Positions 10,473 to 23,623 are shown, numbered from the whole stretch's first letter. The stretch is 62,721 nt of DNA, filler included, from Sphacelaria rigidula (GCA_964200075.2; 6 parts of 6 records of this genome joined end to end with filler, not necessarily neighbours in it), one strand, 5' to 3'. Notes: a model not told the origin generated them from the letters alone. Numbers and translations are program-made.

Positions 10473-13328
10473 GTGGAGCAGGAGCGGTGGTCTTGGAGTC
10501 TACCGAGACCCAGCGTCCGGTGTTCGTTGTACCGTTGATTGCTGTTCAGCACAGCATGATGTTTTTTTTTTTTGTTAGTCAGTTCCAAGTGGTCCCGGTG
10601 TTTTGCAGCAAATTTGCTGATGCGGTAGTATTTGTTTTCCCGTGTTGATAGATTATGAGCTATTCTTGATGGGTCCGTCGGCACAGGCTTTAGGTGCATT
10701 CTCGGAAATCCGATGCGGTTGGCGAGAGTTCCTGGCAAAATCGATTTGCTGCAGCTCATGGACGGGAGGCGCTCCATTGGCTTCGTGCAAGAAAATTTGT
10801 TATGATCCGCTGCCATCGAGGGTGAGATCATGGAACATAATCCAGGTCTGGTCCCACCACGTTTTGCGACTTTTCTCGGCACGAAAGGGCGGGATATCAG
10901 CAATCATATCACACGCGATAACTTGCGCTTTCGAAAACAACGACGGAAACTGCGGCGAAATTTTTGAACAGAAAAGTGAAATCAAGATATCCACGAACCC
11001 CAAGTCCACACGACGAATGGTGGCATCAACTGCATTTGCGAATGAATTCGGGCACAACCTGGCTAAATCGTATCTTTTACTCGAACAGCACGACCCATTC
11101 TACTTTGGAGACATCTTGAACGGTGCATTTTTCCACAAATGCGGCCTGTGGGCCAGCGCGCAACACTTCACAACATTATTCTGCCATTTCATTCAGGCAA
11201 CGGGTGGCAGGAATGTTCCAACATGCTACACATGTAAACTTTCCGTCTCATTATTGGATCCGGCGAAGCGAGTCATGTTATGAATAAGACCTCACTCTCA
11301 ATCGTACTTTCAACGCTCAATTTCACGGAAATATCGTCATGACTGACGGCCATTATCCTGCCTGAGCATGTTGTCCATTAATCGAAACTGCACGCCCTGG
11401 CCACAGTTCAAATGAAACCCCACTCTCAATCCGATACGCTACTCTCAATCTCACGAATATATTGTTTGCAGTGTAGCTATCCCTACAGGTGCTCAACTCG
11501 TGCTCTGTGCTGCAGGGTTGCGATGGATACTGAGAATGAGTCGTGTGGATTTTGCGTATGGATCTGTGAACAGGTGGTATCTGGTGTGGTGATCTGTAAG
11601 AAATAGAAATCAAGTGCCCCCACCTCATGTTTGATGTTTTCGATCGGAAAAGCTCGACTTTACTGTCGTTTTTGTTTTTCATTTTCATTCCGTGCGCCAC
11701 GAATTGTGAAGGAAGGAAGGTACTTCATCACTTGGTGAGTATTGAGAGTTTCTCGGAAATGTATGACTTCCGAATAGCATTAGCACAAACACAAACCCCA
11801 ATGAAGGCAATCCAAGAACCCTCGGGCGAGGGGGTGGAAAGTGTGTCCTAGATAAAGTGTGCGTTGCCAGACAAAAAAGTTGTCGCCTCAGGCACCGATT
11901 TAGACAAGAACCCGTTTTGCGCAGGCTAGGAGCACGCCAGGAGCACAACACCCATTAAAGATCCGGATTAACACGACACTAAAATCCAATACCCACCAAG
12001 TGATGAACTCCACTAAAACAAATTGAAGCCAGCTAGGAAAATAATTTTTCAATTTTATGCGGTGGACCTATTTAGAAACAATGTTTTCGTGGGACTGAGA
12101 GGAGAGCGCCGATTGAGAGTGGCTTTGATCATTCGCTTTAACTCCGCCAATATTTCATTTCGTGTATGCTTTTTTTGCGTCCATCACTGGCGTGTACTTA
12201 CAGGTACACGTCGACATCCTACTCAGGGATGTCAAGGGTCTCAGTAGCAAGCTACGAAGAAAAGCATACTGAGCCTCGTGGCGGGAAATTTCGGAACTGA
12301 AACGATTCATTTACTATTTGACCGCTTCTCACTTTCAATTGTATCCTCTACTCTCGATCTCACGAAAACATTGTTCAGATCGAAAAAAGATGTGCCAAGA
12401 CACGCCCTGACAGTCAACAAAAAATCATATTCGTGACAATGTCGGTCCTTCCTGACGTGACGGCGTTGTCGGTGTCAGATCCCGTGTGGTGCACGGTGTT
12501 GATCCATGGACATGATACAAGCCGGCGACGCCTACACGGTCTGTTTTGCAAAACTCCGTACAAGCGATGGTCATTAGATAAACATGATTGCATGTCGACC
12601 AGAAGAAGTCGCTTGCTGACACGACAAGTGCGACAAGCTCCGAGACATGCGTTGAGTATTCAAGAATGCCGCGTTCGTCGCTACTTGCGCCTGGGTTCCA
12701 CGTGAAGCTGAGGGGTTGTGAGGGGGAGGGGGGGGGTGCCCGAATCGCCCATGAACATGTCATTATACATATTATATGTAAAAATAGTGTTGGGACAGTT
12801 CGCAACAGCAGCTATCGAAAGAGGAGAGAGGGTTCCCGCCACTCATCTCCACACCCCGCCGAGTGCAAATGGAGAAAAATGCCTGTTTTTCGAAAAAACG
12901 GAGAAAGACGTTCCTCCACTGAGCTTACAGTAAAATGATCGAAAACAACCTCAACAAGGAGACAGAAGAAGGGGAAGAAAAAAACGGGGCAGCGCGAAAT
13001 ACAGGTAGTATCCGCTATTATTGCGGACATCCACTGTCGTATGTAAAGCTCCAAGCGCGGCGCATGCATACCAAAATCCAAGACAAGTATACTAAATACA
13101 AACACCTGCTGTTACATACAAGCTCACTCCATAACAGACTGCTAATCGCCAACTACGCGGAGGCTCTCTTCATGTTCTCCTCCTCCTTACTCCCCCGGGA
13201 AACCCCACCCCGCGTGCCTCCCACCTTTGCCCGTCGCGCACACTGCATCAACAAATCCAAAACACCACGTGCGAATAATGCCCCCGCCCCGAGATATATC
13301 TGTCCATATATATTTCTTTCTTTCTGTT

Positions 13329-13556
13329 CTACGTGGCCGCGATCGGCGCTTGCTGACCCTGTCCCTCCTGCTTGGTGATGGGCAAAAAGAGCTTGAACTC
13401 CGGGGGCAGCTCCTCTTCCGAGTACAGGCGATCGGAGAAGTATATCCGGCGGATCCGGCAGTTGGCGTGAATCTGAACCCTCAATGTCTCGATGTAGTTC
13501 GTCCCGTACGCTCGGCGGGTGAAGTCGCTCAGGTTGAACTGGATCTGGTTCCACCC
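13329..13556 (-). CDS. CFAP20: Cilia- and flagella-associated protein 20 (BUG22), last exon
   Basis: cgtcag|[62 protein letters not shown] is the conserved CFAP20 C-terminus; stop at 13329-13331. Confidence 0.97.
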   Translation of the reverse strand, partial: GWNQIQFNLSDFTRRAYGTNYIETLRVQIHANCRIRRIYFSDRLYSEEELPPEFKLFLPITKQEGQGQQAPIAAT

Positions 13557-14866
13557 CTGACGAGTTTTTTTTGTTTTTGCACGGGATACAAATAAAGGGG
13601 GGAATGGTACCAATAACAAGATATGGGGGCGGATATAGAAGATGCTATCCCGTTTGATCCCGGATATGAGGGAAACACACGCATAGTGACGAATGAGAAC
13701 TATAGTTTCTTCCAAGCTGGAATTGGAATGGTCTGTGTGTTGTGGGCGGATCCTCCACAGTTCCGGCCGGTGAAATCGACGCAACTGTACTGTTTGGGAA
13801 GGAAGAATATTCTCGTGAGATTGAGAGTAGAGAATACGATTGAGAGTGAGCAGCGGTTAATAAACGAATGAACAGTTGCAATTCCGAAATGCCCCTCCAC
13901 GAGGCCCGATCCGCTTCCTGTAGTACAATAGCTTGCCACTGAAGCCCTCAATATCCCTCAGAAGGATATCGACGTGTAGCTGTAAGCACACGCCAGTGTT
14001 ACAGGCGAAGACACAGAATGAAAAATTGCTCAAGTTCGAGCGAATGATGAAACCACTCTCAATCAACGCTCTACCCTCAATCTCCTGGGAGTATTGTTAA
14101 GACCGCTCCAAGTAGGGATGAGAAAAAGTAAGCTGGAAAATTCGAGTCTTGTGGGGCATTTTGACGCCGTTCATGATTCCCAAATACGGCAGGAGATCTC
14201 GCCACGTGGCGTTTAGAAATTTTGGATCATCTCAGTGAGAGGACTCCAACTCACCTTTCCGACTTAATTCGAGTACGTATGCTCCTGGGTTTTTTCAAAT
14301 GGCCACTTGCCGAAAGACCAGGTGGACGCAATAAAAACGTGGTGTCTGCTGTGATATTTATGAAATGTCCACATCGTCCCCATTTTTCTGATTATTTCCA
14401 CTTCTGCTGTAAGTTTGAAACATGGGAATGTACCATCCATGTACGAAATCGAGGAGCCTGCTGTAGCAAATCCGAAACGTGGGCTAGGCTCCACTTGGCC
14501 AGGCGATGCATGCTGTCCAAGACGCATGTGGTGGCGGTATTTCCTGCTTCGGGGGTAAAAAAATAAAAAATACTGTTGAATGCTCCATGACTCACATGCC
14601 CAGGCGAAATAAAATGTCGCATGCCTTCAAGAAGTGGCCCAAGTGCTAGCTGGTGCCAGAGGATTTATTGACAGAGGCAGAGGAGTCATGCACACCATCG
14701 AAGACACTATAGGTGGGTAGCAATAGAGCAGGGTGCTCGTATCACTGTTTGTTGTTGAATTCCACCCGAACGGCAGAAAAAGACTGTTCCTTGCTGTTCC
14801 CGTACTCCAATTCTCCGTCAGGTCAGTTTTTTTAGTATCCTCCGTTGTTATGTACGACGGATCTAA

Positions 14867-14939
14867 GCCCCTGTGGCCCAAGGGATAAGGCGTTGCCCTC
14901 CTAAGGCAAAGATTGCGGGTTCGAATCCCGCCAGGGGTT
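14867..14939 (+). tRNA. tRNA-Arg(CCT)
   Basis: Cloverleaf: acceptor GCCCCTG/CAGGGGT, anticodon stem TTGCC/GGCAA with loop CT-CCT-AA, T arm GCGGG-TTCGAAT-CCCGC; T-run about 30 nt downstream. Confidence 0.9.
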
Positions 14940-15554
14940 GAGAGAGCAAATGCTCTAGGAGTAGGTCTATTTTAATATATATATATTTTTCATTATTTTG
15001 CTTTTTTATTTCCTCTAGTCATCCGGTTCATTCCTTTCCTTTCCTTTTCCCCTTCCCGCTTAGTCTTGTTTCGTTTTTGTTGTCGTTCTTGCTTCTTGCT
15101 CCTGTCCTTGCTTTGTCTGACTTTTGTGCCTGCTTTGTTCTTGTTTTGTTTTCCACTTTACTCCTCTTGTTTCTTCTCTCTCTATATATACGAGCCGGTC
15201 CATCCTATAAAGCGGATTTGTAGTTTGCAGGCCCCGCCTCTCCTCATTAGAGAGTTTCGAAAAACGTTTTTTCAAACCTTAGAGTCAGAGTGGAAGGAAA
15301 AATAGCCGGTAACGGTGCACTTTCCGCTATGAAGCATTTTCTAGAGCGATTTTTTCAGAGTCAGAGTGCCGTTTGCACCACTTCACCCTGAAAACCGTTG
15401 TTCCTCTTCAGAGTTCATAGCGGAATGAAAAAGAACCACGCCCACCTTCACCACCATGGTCACGTCCATATCCAAAGTCGATACACCCTACCAAGCAAAG
15501 TGAGACATTCATCATCCACCAAAACTGTCATACTCATCACAATGGGCCATTCAC

Positions 15555-15930
15555 GAAGTAGAACGGCTTGGCATCGCAATCAGAAGACCTCCCTGACGCC
15601 GCCATGGTATCAGCAATCCGCTTGGTTGTGTTGCGTGAAAATTGAAACGCTCGACGGGTACACGTTGCCTTCGGCGCAGTTCCTCACTCTTGCCAGCTTC
15701 AGCTGGAAGAATAAGACGGTGGGGACGATCCGTAGTGTACGTAGCGCACAAGCAGTACTACACCTGGTTTCATTCCCATCCCGTAAGAGATCATGACGCC
15801 TTGCACCACCGTTATGGGTGGCATGTGGGAAAATCATCGCAATGCGGCCGAGGTCTGCTGTTTGATAGTGCTGCGCACCGTACTGTCTGCACTACTGTTT
15901 GTACAACTGACTCTCTGTACGGTATCGCTG
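15555..15930 (+). repeat. Interspersed repeat with GTACT-type tail (probable retroposon)
   Basis: Visibly homologous to ~22716-23105 (GAAGTAG...CCCTG.CGCCGCCATGGTATCA...CGCTTGGTTGTGTT). Confidence 0.6.
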
Positions 15931-18426
15931 TACAGTAGTTCACTGCATCGCAACGCACTGACTGTTGTAAGGTTATGTATTGCACTTTCTGTACTGCCCT
16001 GTACTCCACGCTCCATAGCACTACAACACTACAGCACTACAGTGTCCTGTAATGCGCCGTGGTGGATTGAAGTACTGCAGGTGTAGTGAGAAAGCGTAGT
16101 TTACGGTGCGTAGGATGCCGCAGTGTACGGTACGGTCAGTGTTGTGCCGGCCTACGCACTTTCAAACTGGACCTTGGTCGATCGTAAACTCGGCGGGGCA
16201 ACCTGCAGCCAGTCATTGCGACAACAAAATATCACGTCAAGTCACATCACATCAGCTTCCGCTATGAACTTTTTAACGTCCACTATGAAGTTTCGAAGCT
16301 TCCACTCTGCACTCTGCCTCAATGATGAAAAAATATCTTCCGAAACTCTCTGATTTTGAGAGTTGGACCTGAAAATTTCGTATGGAGAATGAATAGGGGA
16401 TAATCATGAAAAAAAAAGTCGTCGGACCCAATTTTTTTTTCATGAGTCAACGGCATTTTTCTGAAAAATGAAAACTGATTATTGCCTTCAACTCATGAAA
16501 ACAAAACAAAGAAAGCTTTGAGTCCAATGATATATATACATTTATACATTATGCGCTCTTCATTCTCCACACTACGTTTCAAGGTCCAGCGGTCAAATTT
16601 GATGTGAGGCGGGGCAATCTGGAAACGCGCCCGGTCGAAATTCGGAACAGTGTTTTGCAGACCACTTACCGGCCCAGGTTTGGTACTTGTGCTTTGAAAT
16701 GTTGTGTGGGATCTTGCTAGGACATAATGAAACAAAAAAAATGAGACAGGGTGATTTTATTATTTTTTCACTGATTTAGGACGCTTGTAGTATAGTTAGT
16801 AAAGACAACGTTTTTACGAGAATGCCCTAATCTCTCCAACAACGGCAAAAAGTGAAGGCCCATTGATTTTAATTTTCAGTATGCCTTTGCGATTCTCCAT
16901 GCTATTTTTCAAATCGCAATCCTAAAATTGAGCTGAAGAATCGAGACAAGTTCCGAGGAAGATTTTCATTTTTTCTTGAAACTCTCCTAGGAAGAAAAAA
17001 TGATGAAAAGGTGATAAAAAAAAAGCTACAATTTTTAGTTCCATTATCCACTACAGGGGGGGGGGGTTGTGCTGGCACCCCCGGAAGCCGGTAGAGAACG
17101 GAGAAACTTTGAAATCTGACCAAAAATACAATTTTGCCATTTGGAGCATCAATACGTACGGAACTGCCAAGTTTGAGGATGATCTGGGCTTTCCCACGAC
17201 AGATAAAAGGAATATCGTGACGAGGCTCCCTGAGTCTCTTGTACGAATCATGAGTGGAAATTAGACGAGGCCAAAACTCCACACCACCGAAACATTACGG
17301 TTTCGGGTATATTATTCGACCCCGTTGGAACCGCTTTTAAATCTGTTTCTCCCGTTAGATTCCTGAGGTGATGACGGCCACTAAGATTTAAAGCACGTGG
17401 AGATTCGGTTGAAATTGGGCTTGGAATTCGTCTTTTCAATTTCACAACAGTTTGAAAGGCGCTAATTGGTCGAGACACATTCTTGTCCATAGCGCCACCG
17501 CTACAGCCTTGAACAAAAACCCGACTATGTCACCCTCTTCGTCTGTTCATTGCGGTCAGCATGATACCATGTACGCGATTATTGGGTGCGTATTGCAGAA
17601 GGCATTTGCTGATGACAGAATTTGGGTCATTTGCGTGAATCAGCCTGTAGCGATTCTCCATCCGAGAGTTTACAGCGCAAATCTCAAAAACTGAGACAAA
17701 TCCAGATTTTGTGCATCTAGTGCCTCTGCTCGTATTACATTGATTTGAGTATTCGAGAACCGGACCGGCGTCACAGACGAGAGGCTGTTTGCGTCGAGGG
17801 CCGCCAATCGAAGAATCCTGTCTGCTCATATCGGTCGTTGATTGTATCTTTGGTCGGCGGCTCTGCGGTGCCTCCTGGTGTGAGCGTATCCGCTTTGCTG
17901 CCCTGAATTCTTTGAGCTTCACCACGTCTGTAGTCTCCTTCTCTCTTCTCCCTTCTCCAAATATTGTCCTCTATATACTCCGTATGTATTATTTCTTGCC
18001 GGTGTATGCCAGAGCAGTGTGGTACCTCCTCTCGTTGTGTTTATTCATGGATCAGAGAGTCCATACCCCAAGAAGAGTGGTCGAAGTAGATGAGCCACAA
18101 CATTAGCAATATTTTCCTGCTCCACGGCTTTTTGTTTTCTAGGACTGGCTGGATATGAGTGTGGTTCTGCGCATGACCTTTTCCGCCGGAGCCATGTGGA
18201 AGAGACCGGCTGTTTATTTCATTTTCTCTTCTTTTATTAATTTTGTTTTCATGTCTTGGTCTACTATGTTGATCCGTTCTACCTTCTCTGTTATTGCTTC
18301 TTCCTTCAGCGAGTGTGTCGATTTTGTTTTGTCTCGGGTGGGTCTATCCTGTGACCACGGCTGGATCCCTGGGGGGTTAGTTAAAGTGCGACAATCAATC
18401 TGTCAATCAATCAGTATGGAATCTAA

Positions 18427-18968
18427 CAGTAGTGGGCGATCTAACTATTCACTTTTGTGGCATTTAGTGAGTTTTTGGTAATTGGCGATTTTTTCGGGCT
18501 TTTTTCGCCCGCCATCGCTCATCACATTGGGGATCTGAAGATATTTGTATCCGCTTCATATTCCGAGAAAAAAAAACATGTGTACTCTATATTGAGTGAC
18601 TTACGGGCTGACCGGTCATCGGGGGGTCCTGCCACGTTTCGGCCCAGATTCTTACTCTTTGGTGTTTTTGGTCGATCGAGCCTGTCTTGATCATATTTGT
18701 GAAATGTACAGTTTTTTGGGGGGGGGAATTTTACCTACTCTTTGCGCTAGAGTCGAAAAACTGCGTTTCACGGTCAATGAGACCCTCCTGATAAACAGGG
18801 TATTTACTCGTACCGCCCGATAACACCAACCAGCACTGACTCGGGCACTGTGTTACGAGGATGATCGATACCAAAATCTACCGACGCTAGCAATTTCGAG
18901 TTCTATCCAAGAGTAGTACGCGAGGAAAACCCCATAACACCCCTGAATAGTTAGACCGCCCACTACTG
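18427..18968. mobile_element. ~540-bp Tc1/mariner(pogo)-like MITE
   Basis: TIR CAGTAGTGGGCG(G/A)TCTAACTATTC, followed by TA; second copy at 29626-30169. Confidence 0.8.
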
Positions 18969-19347
18969 TATGTGCGCCATATCTCGAGATAGATAACGAA
19001 TTAGGTGAAGGTGAGGTTATCGATCGCTTCCCCGTGCTCCAGGGAATGTCCACCCCAAAAATCGTCATCATCCGCCGTATATATCGTTCGGGGTTTCATA
19101 TAGAATTTAGTACAGACCCTATCTCCGTACGGTACAGGAATCACCAGACATGGGTGAGAAGAAATTGGCCCACATTTTGGAGCGGATGGGCGCCTTCCCC
19201 TTAATCAAACTATTAATACGATATGCGGATCACGGCCCAACTCTTCTCTGTCGATGAGATATTGCTTTGACAGCTGTACCGTTTGTAGGCTGGACCAGCT
19301 CGTATATATATATATATATAAATATTGTCACGATCCTCGTTCCTCAC

Positions 19348-19675
19348 CTCATCCAGACGCATGGGCATCGTACAAATGAACGGCTTGACGCGGGTTGTGC
19401 TTTGGTAGTTCGACGCGCGAAATCTCCTCCGAACGTTCTTGTCGTCCAAGACTTGTACCTCGAAGGTGAAGTACTTCTTGAGGTTCTTCAGGATCATGAC
19501 CAAGAACGGAAGCTTGATCCCCAAGGTCTTGCTCGCGTCCGCGGGGCACGTGATGAAGGTCGTCGATACGTTCGTCCCCACGATCTCGAGGACGGAGGAT
19601 TGAATGTCTTGGTCCGTGATTCGCTTGATGTGACCATTTCGGACCTTCTTGTCCCATATTTGCAACGGCTTTGAC
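19348..19675 (-). CDS. CFAP20: CFAP20 (BUG22), internal exon; first exon not found in contig
   Basis: acacag|...|gtgagg; [31 protein letters not shown]...[13 protein letters not shown] joins in phase to GWNQIQ. Confidence 0.97.
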
Positions 19676-20129
19676 CTGTGTCGTGTTTGTATGCGAGTGA
19701 GAAAGAGAGAAACGGAGAAACAGGGGTACAGATATAGAAACAGAGAGAGAGAGAGGGGGAGGGGGGCGCATTTCTTTGTTTGCTTCCTCGAGTCTTCGTA
19801 CGTGTTCGTTGAGGGCAAAGCAGCGCACACAGCCGGGGCGCTGCAAGGCTTCTGAGGAGAATCTCCATGAGCACACGGACCTTTCTCCCTTTTTAATGTT
19901 TTTTCATTCAGACCTCGACGGTGATAACATCAACGACAAGAGCAGTTGCACGTCAGGTTGGACGTCCAGTAAAACGTCATGTTGCGTCTGTGTCGCGCTA
20001 CATGTGGTTGGCCTTTTCAGACCTTGTGGTCATCCCGCCCATCTCGAAACGGCTTTTACCCGTGTGTCTGCGTGAGCGCGCGTGCGTGAAATATTGTCAT
20101 CTACAGTATGTTACCGACAGGGAAAGGAA

Positions 20130-20403
20130 TGCTGCGATACAAATTACTTGACCAAAAATTTGCCAATTCATATTCATAAAATTGTTATTCTTATATTAAA
20201 ATTCGAGGATTTTTTTACAACAAAATAAGGAACATTTTTGATTTTAAATTTTAACTACTAACTCAAAAGATAAACTATTATATATATAATATTATACTTC
20301 AAATATAATTCAAAATATATTATCTGAATAAATAACATTTTATTAAAAAAAGTTTAATTTACAATATAGCATGAATAAGTAAAACATATCAAAACAGCAA
20401 AGC
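20130..20403 (-). pseudogene. ycf12: Probable nuclear plastid insertion (NUPT) with 5' part of ycf12/psb30
   Basis: Abrupt, very AT-rich island; minus strand 20177-20130 reads MNMNWQIFGQVICIAA, like the Psb30 N-terminus, then breaks off before the GP motif. Confidence 0.6.
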
Positions 20404-22369
20404 TCGGTAGGGGAGAGATACAAAAAGCACAGAGGCCGCAACTTTGTCCGGGCATGAAACACTGGCAGCGCTGTTGCGCTCTTGTATTCGCCGGTACGTA
20501 CTGAACGCTCGGTGTGAGACTTGCTTTATGTGAAACCACTTCGAGCCCCCATCTTCCATCTATACATGCCTCATCTTGAAAACAAGGGTTTCGACCGGCT
20601 GTTTATCGTGCGCGTGTGTTCTGTGTGCGTGCGGCATTGTGCACTGCCGATGAGCGGAACAACAGCCAAGAGAGCCAACGGGGCGAGGAATGAAAACATG
20701 AGGAGCATGCAAACTGTTGTTTCTGTTTGTGAAGACCGGGATTTTTTGCAGACTGCATATTCATACTGGGGGGGGATGTACTCATGATTATGCATGCCAT
20801 AGTCATGAGACCATCGACCTCGCATCCCTACAAAGCCGGGACGNNNNNNNNNNNNNNNNNNNNNNNNNNNNNNNNNNNNNNNNNNNNTTAATTAATTAAN
20901 NNNNNNNNNNNNNNNNNNNNNNNNNNNNNNNNNNNNNNNNNNNGAGAGATGGGTTGATCCCTTGGGACCACGGACTCATCCCGATGAAGGGGAGGTGTTC
21001 AGAGTGTGAGGAAAGAATAAAAAAAAAGCATGGAAAGCAATACATTACACCATTTCTGTCAGAATTTGAAACCCCTGCCTTACCTCCACCCATAGCATCG
21101 GGGGCGTGGATAAACACACACACAGCCACAGCCACAGCCACACACCCACGCACGCATACATTTTGAAGAACCTCACAGCTAGCGCCTTTCCTCCGTCGAA
21201 TTTTATCTCGTGATCGTAGTGGCTACGACGCATATATATATATATATATATACATATTGATATTGACATTGTACTGTCGAAGCTTCTGATTTCCGCCGTT
21301 GAAAGCGTGAAGAGATGAGCAGCAAGGAGAGTTTGTTTGAGTGTGACGAGGGTCGACGCGCTGCGATGGTGGTGACCCTCGTCCGAAAATGCAAGACATG
21401 TGCGGGGGGCGTACTCATTTGTTGCTTGCCTTAGTCGTTTGACCATTGACCACGCATCCCTTTTGAGACGGAGCACCGTTCCTACTCCTACTAGAGACAC
21501 CTCCATCATTCCGGCGCTCATTACGTGTCTTTCAAACATAACACGAAGAACCTTTTACATATCTTATCCCCGTTCTGTTTCGCAGTCTCTGGCCACCATT
21601 TATCATCTAGTATACCCGTCGTTTTCTCCGTACTGTCTAATGCATCAAACGATTTCATGCTACCTTCGTTCACGTCCCGCATTCCCCCCCTCTAGCACGT
21701 CCGGTTCCTTCTTGTATAGTTAACGTGTGCTTGGGGAGAGGTGATGGATTGATCCTTGAAGACCACGGACTCGTCCGGAGGAAGGAGAAGGGATGAAAGC
21801 GTGAGGCAAAGAAAAGGGAGAAGGAAAACTGTACTGTCCCGCAATGTAGAGGATTCAACGCCCTGGGAAACGAATGATATTGTCAGAAAGTGTACTGCGT
21901 ACAGTATGAAATCTATCGTCTGCTGCAATAGACGCAGTAGTCGATAGTATACGCAGTACAATTTTGACAGAGTGATGTAATGTTAATGTCCAAGGTTGAA
22001 GAATTCGCTCATATATATATATATATATATATGTACCGCTATACCTGATTACAAAAGATCACACCATTCATCACGATGCCAACATTGGAAACGGCTATAG
22101 TCGCTCACACGATTTTTTTGTTATTTTTGTTTTTTTTGCTAGCCTGTGACCACGGAAGGCGTCCGCATCGGATGCACAGTACGAATGTACTGCGCAGATA
22201 TCGGAACGGTTTTTAATGAGAAGACAACGACAACACGGAAACTACTAGTGCATACTAGTAATCTCCCTCACCAAAAAAAACTGCCGGCAGGTAAGACTAC
22301 ACAGGTGAATATTCCGAGGCATGAGATACACGGTCAATAGCATACGTCAGGCAGAACAGCTCCCTGTGG

Positions 22370-23420
22370 GTTGAGCTAGTTTTTTTTTTCCATCTTGGCT
22401 CCCTACTGAGCTATGAGAGCTGTATGAGCTACGCATGTTCACCCTAGGCGAGCTACCAGCCAGTAGCCTATCGGCGCATATTCGTCCAGGGGAGCTGTGA
22501 GAGTAACATGAGCTACGCATGTATGCCCTGGGTGAGTTACCAACCCGTAGCTCATCAGCTCATATTCGCCCTGGGTGAGCTACTGTATGAGAGCTACATG
22601 AGCTACGCATGTTTGCCCTGGGTGAGCTACCAACCAGTAGCTCATCAGCTCATATTCGCCCTGGGTGAGCTATGAGAGCTACATGAGCTACGCATGTTAA
22701 CCCTGGATGAGCTAGGAAGTAGCAACGTTCGACATCACAGACAGGCGATCTCCCTGCCGCCGCCATGGTATCAACATTCGCTTGGTTGTGTTCGGTGAAA
22801 TTAAAATAGTCGATCCGTACAAGGCGTTGCCTTGGGTGCCGCTCCTCACCACATTACCTGCCAGTGTCTTGTGTGTATGTCTACTCGTACCACGTAGCAG
22901 CAATGCTGCACTGATGTTTTGGTATAGTTCATGACGCCGCTCACCATCGTTGTGGGTGGCATGATGGTGCAAAATCGTTGCCATGCGGCCTATCTGTTCT
23001 TTGTACGTATGTACTGCTGCATTGTGTTGTATCGTACTGTACCGTGCCGTGTGATATCGTACCGTACCATACTGTACCGTACTACACCATACTGTACCGT
23101 ACTATAGTGAGCTATATAAGCTACATGAGCGACGCATGTTTGTCCTAGATGAGCCACCAACCCGTGGTTCATCAGCGCACGTTCGCCCTGAATAACCTAT
23201 GAGAGCTATACGAGCCACGAGTGCTTGCCCTGGTTGAGCTGCCAACCCGTAGCTGATGGGCGTATATCCGCCCTGGGTGACCTGTGAGAGCTACATGAGT
23301 TATGCGTGTTTGCCCTGGGTGAGCTACCAACCCGTGGTTCATCAGCGCATGTTTACCCTGGGTGACCTGTCGGGCGCAGCGCGTATGTACATCTTTGACT
23401 GCAAGTGAGCTACAGCCCGC
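22370..23420. repeat. ~75-bp minisatellite interrupted by an insertion at ~22716-23105
   Basis: Units GAGCTACATGAGCTACGCATG...GCCCTGGGTGAGCTACCAACC.GTAGCTCATCAG on both sides of the insertion. Confidence 0.85.
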
Positions 23421-23623
23421 AGATGGTCTACCGCACGAGCTGTTGGATGTGTGGTCAACAGGGTGATGATACTACTCGCAAGTCATATTACTTGCACTAC
23501 TATAGGTGGTCACTTTTTGCGGCATATCATTTTTAAGTTGATGATGTACGTATTTCACCTTCACATCATTCACTCGTCTGTACACATGTCCCCTGCTGTT
23601 GACTTTTCTCCCGCCGTCGGCAG

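Larger units (their letters stand above)
15191..19302. mobile_element. Non-autonomous Tc1/mariner-like element disrupted by nested insertions
   Basis: TA|CGAGCCGGTCCATCC ... GGCTGGACCAGCTCG|TA termini; segments ~16470-16980, ~17680-17750 and 18970-19302 match, in order, the copy at 39526-40766. Confidence 0.7.

Noticed and set aside
4162..19675. Flagellar gene cluster (TTLL4-like next to CFAP20)
   Set aside because: The genes are on different contigs joined by an artificial spacer; the TTLL gene lacks its 5' exons at that join.
22370..23420. CRISPR-like array
   Set aside because: Units are contiguous and degenerate with no unique spacers or cas genes; eukaryotic minisatellite.
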